Origin: Eledone cirrhosa
Lineage: Eukaryota
Length of the DNA: 64,000 nt
Assembly (NCBI GenBank): GCA_964016885.1
Contig: OZ024742.1
Location: 148,676,001-148,740,000 of the forward strand
Reading direction: 5' to 3'
A program made the translations under genes and the position numbers. This document shows positions 53,032 through 64,000 of the stretch, one piece after another (positions within the stretch are counted from its first letter, which is position 1; each line of letters starts with the position of its first letter). The notes under the pieces are model-generated. The model was not told where the DNA came from and did not search any database. It saw only the letters and a list, made by a program, of their open reading frames with translations.

Positions 53032-56000
53032 GTCAGTCAACGCGATCAGTCGCATATTTTAGTGTGGGGGACTATTCATTAAATTTAAGATGAATACTAT
53101 CTCCGACAGTAATGCCACAACTACAGTTATGTTGAATAACTGGGTATTCTTCTAACTATATCTACTGAAGACACCTTTTATTCAAATTCGTAGAGATATC
53201 CGACTAAATACATAATTCATTTTACAAGGATTTGCTACAAACAGCATGGCTGAACACAACATCAACAACAACAACATTAAGGAAGTACCGAAGAAAAACA
53301 ACGAGAAAGGTAAACAAAATTTATTCTGTTGTAGTTACAGAAGAAACCGAAATTATAAATTGCATTTCTCTTGGAGTTGCGAACTTAATAATGATTTATT
53401 TAATTGTTATAAAATGGCAAAGCACAATCCCTCCATTGGCTATATGAACAGATTGAAGCTACACTGGGACGAAATACACCCAGAGCTAAATTGTTTCACA
53501 GCGAAACAATTACGCCAACAAGCGACGTTTGTTGAACGTAAAAATAAGATAAATAGTATTAATTGTAAGTCCCCCACAACACACATATGTGATCAACAAC
53601 ACGTGCTACAGGTCGCCATGCTACTAGACTTCCTAGCAGCCAGGTCGAACAGTACCTTGAAACAACTATGCCTGTAAGAAATTTGACACCACGTGTACCG
53701 TCCGTGTCTACCTCGACTATTGTGGAAAATACTATCGATAATGATAATAATCAAAAGTATAAACAATTGAAAATTTCCCTCAACGAAATCTTCCAGAGAG
53801 AAATTAATTCATGTATAAATATCTCTCTTGCTGAACGTATTAAAACAACAATATTTAATTTTTTTTTTTAAATAATAATAATGAAATATTACGTGTTATT
53901 GATGAAATAGGGGATGAATATTTACGACGGATAAAAACCCCAACATTTTGGCAAATCAACGCCTGTTTATATGCCTTAGCAACGACAGTGAAGCATTATC
54001 TTGGTGATACCAGAGATATTAACAAAAACAAAACACCACCAAAAATACCATCATATATAACTAAAATATAAAAAAAGGTTGCTGACCTACGAAAAACCAT
54101 AGGATATGTGACAATGCTCCTTACATGCAAACAAACACAAAAAAACCTCACTCCTCACCAACAAAGGGTGAAAAATAAAATAGAGACGATGTTTGGTAAC
54201 AGTAGAACCAAAACTCTCCAATATAAGCTGATCACCCTCAAACAAGAATTGAGAGCTGCTAGCGAAAAACGCCGATACCTGAAGAAGGTAGATGAGAGAA
54301 AAGTGCTTAATAAAATATTCAGACGAAACCAAACATCAGTCGATAGAGATATGAAGGACAAAGTAATAAGTGTCATTGAGGCCCCATCCCAGAAAGACAG
54401 ATTCCTTTTGGAGAAAAATATGGGGTGAAAAGAAGAATTTCAACCAAGATGCAGTGTGGCTAAAAGAAATCCGAAAGAACTATTGCTCCTACACTACAAC
54501 AAAAACATACGAAATAAGTGAGGGTACCCTTGAGACTGTGACAGGAAAACTCCAAGATAAGAAACACCAGGAAGAGACATGATTGTCGGCTACTGGTACA
54601 AAAAATTGATATTCTATCGGAGGTATCTTACTGACCTTTACCAACAAGTTCTTAATGGAGATACACTTATACCAGAATGGTTGACATTAGCAGAAACATT
54701 ACTGGTCCCCAAGAACAAAGAAACCGACTTGGCAAAAAACTACCGACCCATTGCATGCTAGAACCTGATGTATAAGATGTATACAGCCTGCCTGAACCTA
54801 TTCCTCCAAGATCACTGAAAATAATAACATCATCACAGATGAACAAGCAGCTGGAAAGAAAGGGGTTTGGCGATGTGCTGAACAACTTCTAATCAACAAA
54901 ACTGCGATGTCGGAGGTGCGACAACTTAGGAGGAATATGGCTACAGTCTGGCTGGACTACAGGAAAGCTTTCGATTCTGTTCCCCACTCTTGGATGATAG
55001 AGGCCCTCCAACTTGCTAAAGTCCCAGACATTATTATCAGAGCCATAGAGAAGCTGTCTTCTTCTTCGGCTATTATCCTAAGGTTAAAGACAGAGAAGGG
55101 GGATTCTATTTTCACTGATAAAATAAAATATCGCAGAGGTATATTTCAGGGAGACAGTCTCTCTGTGATATTATTCATCCTGTCATTAAACCCCTTGTCC
55201 TTTCTTCTCAAGAAATGTGGATACATCATTGGCTCACAGGAGGACAGAAATACGAACCTAACCCATAATTTCTTTGTGGACGATCTGAAACTCTATGCCA
55301 AGAACAAGGATGAGATGAAGAAAATTCTTGACCTGGTTACAACGATCTCAAAGGATATAGGAATGGTGTTTGGCCAAGATAAATGCTCATATATGACTGT
55401 AAAGCGGGGAAAAACAACAACCCAATCTAGCAACATTGTCATCAATGGCCTAACTGCTTCACCGATATCTGATGAGGACTACTAGAGATATCTGGGGATA
55501 GATGAGAACATATCCTATAATGGTATCTGTAACAAGGAACGCGTAACCAGGGAATACTACACCCGATTAAGAAAGATTTGGTCATCGGAACTCTCTGCGC
55601 AAAACAAAACAGTGGCTCACAATGTGTTTGTTGTGCCTGTCCTAACACCAACGTTTGGAATACTCAATTGGACGATAGACGAAATCCGAGCAGTTGATGT
55701 TAGAACTCGAAAAATACTAAACAACACCAGAAACTTCCACATCAACAGTGACATAGACCGCCTTTACTTGAAACGTAAGCAGGGAGGCAGAGACCTAACA
55801 TCAGTCCAGACAGCATTTGAATGTCGCATCATATCTCTCCGACACATCTACGAACCTCGAAGCGTAGGAGCCCGTCTCTCGAATAAGTCTATCTGCATTA
55901 AACAGATAAGATCATGAGAGTTGAGAAGGAACTCCTCGAGAGATATTCCCTGTGTGATAATCAAAAACTCACACCTAGGGAAGTCGCTCAGCAGTATCGC

Positions 56001-57054
56001 AGTGAATCCATGGATGAAAAACTGCATGCTTATCAGCAAAAAATCATGCATGGATATGTTGCCAGGAAGCTCCAGGGTGAGAGTAATATAGATAAGGAAA
56101 GTAGTCTATCTTGGACCAACAACCGCTATATTGGCTCCCACATTGAAGGATACGCTTTTGCAATCCAAGAACAGGAAATTAACACGAAATACCTGATTCA
56201 CAAAAGAGATAGGGATGCAGGCAAAACACCTAGATGTGATAACAAGTGCAGACTCTGCAGAATTAACATCGAAGATGTCACCCATGTCATCAGCAGCTGC
56301 CTAAAGATGTCATCGCGGTACTATCTACCTATGAGGCATGATGTAGTGGCCAAAACACTGTACAATGCAATCTGTAGAAAAGATAGCCCCGATAATAAAC
56401 ACATTAAAAGCTACAGCAATGTGGAAGACATTCACGTACATAATATGAAAGAGTACTGGTGAAATATTCCAGTAAAAACCCCAATAAAATGCAGGCATTA
56501 TATGGGACAGATATTATATGGGACAGGGAAAAGAAAGCATGCACAGTAGTGGAAGTTAGCTGCCCAGCAGATGCCAATATAATATCAAAGATTAGCGTAA
56601 AGGAGAATATTTATGCAGAACTGATGATAAATCTGCAAATAGTCCACCCTGATTACACCTTCAGATTTATGCTTGTGATTATTGGGGCACTGGGGTATGT
56701 TAGTAACTGCCTCAATACAAATCTTGAGAAGCTAGGCTTCACAGGAACAGAAAGAACACAACTAGTTAGGAAATTACAAGTACGATCCATTAATGGAACA
56801 GTAAAAATATGTAAAAGATTCCAAAAATTTTGCATATACACATGTACAGATACAAAGCATATACACATGCACACATACAACTCAAAACATACACATCCAC
56901 ACATACAATAACATTCATATCTACACATACATGCAGGCATGCATACATAATCTACCTAGCTGATGTGTAAATTCCAATGAAAGAGTCTTGTGTCTATGTT
57001 AGAAACCGACTCTCTCTATTGGTAAAAATTTGTGAAATTATAAAACCAGAAGAA
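53032..57054 (+). mobile_element. R4/Dong-like RLE LINE, near full length, decayed (family 3), inside (CATA)n
   Basis: GYMNRLKLHW..QLRQQA N-terminus; NYRPIAC, WLDYRKAFDSVPH, GIFQGDSLS, FVDD; CRLC..EDVTHVISSC; RHD; DIIWD..VEVSCP; CATA tracts on both sides. Confidence 0.92.
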
Positions 57055-57060
57055 TATACA

Positions 57061-57091
<31 letters not shown>

Positions 57092-58149
57092 CCACACTGC
57101 TTCGAGTGTGCATTTTAGCTACCATTTTTTTATTAGGTTGTCCCATTTTATCAGTTTGATATTTAATGTGTTTTCTTTTTGTTTTGGGAATCTTTCAATG
57201 TAACTATTGATTTCTATTTCATCTTTTTAATATTATTTTCATAATAATATAGGGCGGTGAATTGACAGTCTGTGTGAAGCGTCGAACAAAATGTTTTGCA
57301 GTATTTAGTTACGACTTTCTACATTATGAGTCGAAATCCTGCAAAGGTCAATTTTGTCTTTCATCCCATTAAGTACTGGGATCAATATAATCGACTTTCC
57401 CCACATTGCTGGTCTTATGCCAATGTTAGAAAGGATTATTTTTATATTAATACTTCGAATCCCTTCTTTAATTGAGTAATACAAATATTGGTATTACAAT
57501 TATATTGTGTACACAATCGTACATAATTCACTATTGCCGTATTTTTTTCTGTAATATTCTTTTGTTTTGAATTGTATATCATGGTTAGATACAACATTTT
57601 TCACCTATATATAATATACAGGATATATGAATCGCTATTTCGCATTGGTCAGCATTTGGCTAAGAAGAAGTGATAACACTTTCTTGTTCATATTTCCTTG
57701 CCAAGACTTACTAGCGAAATTTGATAATTTTATATTCTAATCGAACATATATTCCCTCTTTTAGGCATCCTCGTTATAAATGACAGAGATTTATTGCGCA
57801 GGAAATGTTGATTCATTCGAATATTCAGTTGAGATATTTCATCTAATCAATAAGAATACACTTACTCTCTAAATTTAAATTTAGGATAATGGACTAAGAC
57901 TATATAAACTTCCCAATGTCTTTATGGTCTCTCTTACCTTTTCAAATATACGGCCTCAGGCTTTCGTGTGTGAATGAAAATAATCAAATACTCATTTTTA
58001 ATCAAATGTTTACTACAATCTTTTATATTATATCACTCTTGATAAGACAGTGTTGTTATTCAAAGTTTGTTCGATGTACCCCCATGTCTATATATGCTCC
58101 ATTGCTAAGTGTCCTATTCTGCGGAGAAAATTGTTGGTATTTTCTGCGT

Positions 58150-58870
58150 TCGAGGGAAACTTTCAACTCTCTCTTTGATATTGCCGCTTACTTTCTACTA
58201 GCGCATATTCTCGGGGGACTGGATTGATGCCCTGTCTGTGGCCATCATTGGTGGCATTCTCAGTCAGGACGAACTCCGCATCTCCATTGCACTCCGTGTG
58301 GAAGCCGACGTCTGCGGAGGTCTGAGATGCCGCTGTGGTAGATCTCTCGACTCCACAGGTATACATGGTTTGTCCTGCCGCCTGAATGCTGGTTGTTTTT
58401 CCCATTACCACAAACTAAACCTAATTATCAAACGGGCCCTGGCTCGGGTTAATCTCCCCAGTTCTGGAGCCGGCTGGTTTATCCAGAAGTGATCGGAAGA
58501 GACCAGACAGTCTTATACTTTGTTCCTGGGTGAGAGGTGGATGTCTCATCTGGGACGTCACAGTCAATGACTCTTTGACCCCCTCCCATATCATGGACGC
58601 CGCGGTGAATGCGGGGTTCACTGCTTCCGCTGCCGAACGGAATAAAATTCGAAAATACCAGGATTTATCAAACAATTATTTTTTCCAGCCTATGGCGTTC
58701 GACACGTTCGGTCGAGTTGGGCCGCTGACAGCGAAGTTCTTGTCTTCACTGGCAGCTCGCCTTACTGAGGTGTCAAGTGATGCCCGTGAGGGTGCCTGGT
58801 TATTTGAGTCCCTTAGCCTCGCCATGGTAATGCTGTGAGCGTATTGGCTTGCCTGAAAGTGTGCAGTTAA
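58150..58870 (+). mobile_element. CRE-clade RLE retrotransposon, 3' fragment
   Basis: GDWIDAL..LRISIALR..CRCG..DSTGIHGLSC; RKRPD; LIWDVTV; AERNKIRKY; PMAFDTFG. Confidence 0.88.
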
Positions 58871-59219
58871 CCCCTAAGGTGTGAGGTCAGGCCCATTGTC
58901 ACTTTTAATGGTGAATCCCCCCCCCCTCCCCACTCCTATTTTCCTTCTTTTTTCTTTCCTTTATCATTTTTGTTCATGAATTTATATTATTGTGTTATTA
59001 TACACGGTTTAGACATGTTTGTCCTTCTGAACGAATTGCGAGCAATTTATAATATTATTTACGCATTTGTTATGTAATTTATGTATAATATTTAAAACAT
59101 ACTTGCAACGTTATTCTAATGTAAATTTATACAACTGTAATAAAATTTCTCTTTTGTTACTCATCTGAGTTGCTTACGTTAGTATATTTCTATAGCACGT
59201 GTGCTGCAAATATCTCCTA

Positions 59220-59586
59220 CCCTCGAGTCTCAAATAATCGTCGTCGTGCCCTTCCCCCCCCCCCATCCCCACACATACATATTACATTTTGATAATCTAT
59301 TCCTGCGATAATTAATTTTCTTTAGACATCAAAAACATTATACATGACAAAAAAGTATATTACAAGAAATCTCATACGTTATACCATAAATAGGATGGGT
59401 TGGTGGCGTCTCAATATGTAAACTAAACAACTAATTCTTTTTTTTTTTTTTAAATCAACCTAAAGAAATTACCCATTTTCTACCCAGCCCCGCTTATTCC
59501 AAGAACAACCACCACCCCCACCACCCGCTTATTCCACGCGCACCCACCCGATTGTCCCAACCCTCGTTTTATTTGGAACCCGAGAG
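59220..59586. mobile_element. TA-flanked MITE
   Basis: TA|ccctcgagtctcaaataatcg ... cgttttatttggaacccgagag|TA imperfect TIRs. Confidence 0.65.
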
Positions 59587-60340
59587 TAAGTGTTCGATAC
59601 ATAGGCAGGTATGGATTATGCAGCACATGTTATATAACATGTTTCAATGTAGTCTTTCATATCATTAATACTTTTTAACATAACCCTGCAGTTGGTTTTC
59701 TTCTCTCATCCAAGGTGTGCTCTATAATTATAGCTAAGAAGAATTGGAAAAAAATTTTTCAAACTCTGGCTTTAAGGTGGTATATATTCTACTGTTTATT
59801 GCATGGGTTTTATAGCGATATATTGATGTGTGTGTGTGTATTTGTGTGTGGTGTGTTTGTGTATCGGGGGAAGGGAGTTGATAGTGAAAGCGATGTCGGC
59901 GATATTGTTTCTACATTTTAAGAGTTCTTTTGATGGCAATATTTGGCTGGTTTTGAGTGTTTTGAATATCGACTAATGCAATTGCTATCTGTGACTTACT
60001 GTTCGGACAATGAAAAATACTTGTTGTCAAAGCTACTTAGCTATGAAATAGTTTCAGTTTGCGTGGATTTTATCACAATAACTTGTTAATCACGTCATAG
60101 AGCTGATCGAAAGATAGTAGCGGGGTTAACTTTGATGTAATGACCAACTGACGTCAACGGAATACTGACAGTCATCGATATTGCACAGATATTGTAGAGT
60201 CGTTGGTATTGATGATATTATTGGCCAAGTCGTTAGAGTGTTAGATATTATTTGTTCCGTATCTCTGCGTTCCGAGTTCAAATCCCGCCGAGATCAATTT
60301 TGAATTTCATCCTTTCGAAGTCGATAAAAATAAGTACCAA

Positions 60341-60376
<36 letters not shown>

Positions 60377-61470
60377 CTGCTATCACATCCTGGATGTTCT
60401 GCTGGGGGTTGAGAGGGTGTCTGAAACTCGCAACATCATATACACCTAAAACCCTAAGCGAAAGGATGGTACATACCACTAAGTCATACTCGATTTCGAG
60501 TGACAGCTGTAGTATCAATACCAGAGAGATGATTCAAGCCAAACTCTCTATAATGTGAAATACTATATAATTCGGTTTGAATAATGTTAAGTTATTCTTC
60601 TCCTTTAATTCTATTTGCTCTCCGTGGAGCATTGAGTGACAAGAGTTCTCCATTCCACATGGTTGCCAGCCATGCCATTAGCCTATTCCCAGACCAGGTA
60701 ACTGTTCGTTGTTTCTGTAAAACTCTTGATTAATGGGGGTAAGGTTGCTAGCTTCGCACTCTAGCTCTCCTCTCTTCTCAACAAAGATCGAAAACTGATC
60801 TAGCCTTTCGAAGTCAAGTAGCGGGGGTTCGTGACGCTGGATAGGGCCCCAATCCAGGTACTGTCACTCAAATCTGGGACTCAAATCGCTCCATTATATT
60901 TTCAAAGGAACATTAGATAACGCTATGTTCAGTATTAAAATAATGGCCAATTCTTTTGCCTGCAACCCCAAGCTTTTCCAGATTGTCATTAGGCATTTAC
61001 TAACATAGCCAAGTGTACCAGTAATTACTCTCAGCAACACAACTATATTTTCATGTCACAAGAATGAAACTACCTGATTCTTATGTCAATATTAAGCTAG
61101 CTTTTTGTGTGGTGTGCAATTAAGTTTTCAAAGACCCATTTAGTTATGTAATTATTAAAATACGGTCAGTAATTTAACAAGTAGCTTGGAGTAATTTTCT
61201 CCTGTACTTTTCTTTCAACATGTCTTTCTTAAGGGTTCAACAATAGCCAGCAAGTACACTAAGTCCCAGTTGTCTTGGTCACACTTTTCCGAATGAAAAT
61301 CATCACCACAATTCTCATCACTTATCGCAATGACATTTTCTGAATAATAGATTAAGTGAGAGTCGAAGAAATGAATCTTTAATAATATATCATTGCTTAC
61401 TATTTCAGAATAGTTTTCGGCTTTATGATTACCATAAAGGTTTATGCAGTCAGTTTTGAAACATTGACAT

Positions 61471-61540
61471 GGTAGGTAGGTTGGTAGGTAGGTGGGTAGG
61501 TAATTTGGTAGGAAGGTGGGTAGGTAGGTTGGTAGGAAGG

Positions 61541-61598
<58 letters not shown>
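61471..61598. repeat. (GGTA)n followed by (GATA)n microsatellite
   Basis: Direct reading. Confidence 0.95.
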
Positions 61599-61599
<1 letters not shown>

Positions 61600-64000
61600 A
61601 TTTCTATTTATTGCCACGAGGGCACAAAAGAAGGGGACAAATACAAGGAGTTTACACAAAAGAACGAGTAAAAAACAAATAAATATAAATTTAACAATAA
61701 GGTCCTCAATAGGGAGGAGGCGTTTTGGAGGGTCGCACACACCCCCGAAAAAGTGTGCAACCCTTCTCCTCAGGAGCACAGAGAGAGGGTACTCCCTTGT
61801 TCTTCCATTTGTTTCACCTACAGGCTGATATAGAGAGAAGGCCCATTCACACGGGCCATTCTCGCCACTTTCACCCACCTTTCATAAAACTGGCTGGGGT
61901 GGAGCACCTCTCTCTCCATCCTGGTCCTTCTTCCGAAATGATATCGGAAGAAAAGGACCAGTTGTTGGCCGGAGAGAAAGGTGCCCGACCTCAGCCCTTT
62001 CAAACGCGTCCACCATACAACTTCTTTCACCATTGCTATTACGCACAGAAACACCGCCTCTCCTTCATTTTTTAAGGGGGGAGGCGGCTTGATCGTTATA
62101 ATGGACTCGGTGGTCAACCGGATAGGTCCCACCCGTGACAGCAGTCGTTCGTCATAGCCCCCACAGACCGGCGACGCCCGGGCAGTGTACCAAAGCATGC
62201 GCGACGGTTATCTCGTCGCGCACACATCTGGGACAGATCTTTTTCGAGGGGTCCCTACCCGAGCGCCCGTGTCTGTAGAGCTTTTTCTCGAACGGGCAGA
62301 GCCCCTCGGTAGCACTGCCAGGACAGGGACCTCTGGAAGTTGTCCATAGGTCCCGGGCTAAATGTCCTACCGAACAGGCTGGCCAGTTCGTCTTCCTCCA
62401 TGTCTAGGGCTTCTCCGAGGGCGTCGTCACACCTGCTGCGCACCAGCCCTCTATAGAATGTCGAAATGGAGTCTCCACTGATAGCCGGGTCCGCCTGCCA
62501 GAGAGCCGTGAGCGCCTGGGCACACTCGGTGTGCCAGGCGCCCAGTTTTCTCGGTCTTTGCTTGACCCAGGATTGCAGCTCGGTGAGTGAGACGAGTCTC
62601 GGAAAGGTTCGTCTCACAAACGGGGCCCACACCGGTTGACCGGTGAGAAATACCTGGAGGTGCCGTAGCCTTAATGCGTGTTTACGCATTAGCAGCCTCG
62701 GCATCCCCAGCCCTCTTTTCGAAGGGTGTTGACAGCAGATGGATCTCCTCACCAAAGGAGCCCGCTTCTTCCAAAGGAAATGTAAGAGTTCACGCTCCAT
62801 TTTGGTGAGCGTTTCCCTTGGGCAAGGCACGACGGTCGGTAGTACATGACGGACGCTATATAAGTGTTCGCCACCTCCGCCCGACCTTTCAGGGATAGTT
62901 TTCACTCGGCCCACTTCTGGGTCAGTGCAAACACCCTGTTCGTAACCTCACCCCAGTTCTTCTCCACCTGGAGGTCTGGTCCGAACCAGATCCCGAGCAA
63001 CTTCACCGGGCCCTCCGTTCAGCGTCCGACGACGCCATGGGAGGGCATCGGTTTGCCCCTCCACGTGCCGAGTTGCAAACCGATCGATTTGTCCCGGTTC
63101 AGCTTAGCCCCTGTAAACCTTTCGTACTACTCCAGTAAGGTGCCGATCGCCCCGTGTTCCGAGTTGGTCGACACCATTACTGTTACGTCATCGCCGTAGG
63201 CCGACACCACTTTCCGCAATCCCGGTTCCAAAGGGATGCCCTGCAACAACTCCAACTTCCGCAGCAGTGGCTCGAGGGCCAATACATACAGAAGGGAGGA
63301 GAGAGGGCACCCCTGTCGGATGGACCGCGTGATTTCGAACGGCTCCGAGAGGTAGCCGTTCACCTTGACTCTAGAGCAGATGCGGCTGCTGTGCATGGCA
63401 GTGATCCAGCCCCTGAAAACGGGTCCGAAACCTGCCGCCGTTAGCACCGCATCCAGGTAACCATGGTCGACCCTATCGAACGCCTTAGATTGATCCAAAT
63501 TGATCAGGGCCTCACCAAAGCCGGGTTCGTTCCCAACCCTCTCTATGATGTAGCGCATAAGGTGGAGGTTGTCGTGGATGGATCTGGACGGAATAGCACA
63601 TGTCTGCGCATCTCCCACCAGGTTTCCCACGACAAGCGCCAACCTCTTTGCTAACCTCTTGGCCAAAATCTTTAACTCTGCATTTAGCAGAGTTATGGGC
63701 CTGAAATTACTTATTTCGTCCCCCTTGTTCTCGTCCATCCTCATTGGCGAGACTACGCCCTTGGTCACAGAACAGGGAATTCTCCCGTTCTATTGCCAGT
63801 TGCAGTAGACCGCCTCGAGGAGATCGGGGAACAAGTCCGGCATAGATATAGTTCGTATGGAAGACCATCGAGACCCGGGGATTTGCGTTTGCCGCATTGA
63901 CTCAGCACGTCCCCTATTTCAGCAGCTGAAATCGGCCCCTCGCAGGACTTCTCCTCCTCGTCCGAAAGACGCGGCATGCCGTCGAGGTATGGACCGAAGT
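61599..64000 (-). mobile_element. Tx1 LINE (GATA family), ORF2 3' half, running off the window
   Basis: KSPGLDGLPYE, NFRPITLLN, LDQSKAFDRVDH, IRQGCPLS, YGDD; frameshifted; 3' end abuts (GATA)n. Confidence 0.93.

Noticed and set aside
56957-56990. ctgatgt..gaaagagtc in the R4 family 3 3'UTR
   Set aside because: A9 is missing and stems I and II barely pair; not supportable as a hammerhead

Overview
AT-rich eukaryotic DNA with no convincing host gene. It is almost entirely transposable elements and microsatellites; the SINE, RTE and microsatellite repertoire suggests a cephalopod such as Octopus (inference only). Recognisable elements are Tx1/L1-clade LINEs, R4/Dong-like RLE LINEs, RTE LINEs (one with a PHD-like finger inside the RT), a CRE fragment, a Chapaev-like DNA transposon, a deleted Helitron, MITEs and about 20 copies of one tRNA-derived SINE. 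All ORFs are disrupted. The main hidden signal is a dense set of non-coding elements carrying type I hammerhead ribozymes (about 16 motifs, several families), mostly next to (TA)n tracts. They occur as head-to-head palindromes, partial tandem repeats or short truncated copies, resembling Penelope pLTRs or retrozymes. One 636-bp unit begins 11 nt from its own predicted cleavage site. A second theme is that different retroelement families occupy different microsatellites (TAA, GATA, CATA, TA). All structures were folded by eye and coordinates of degenerate elements are approximate.
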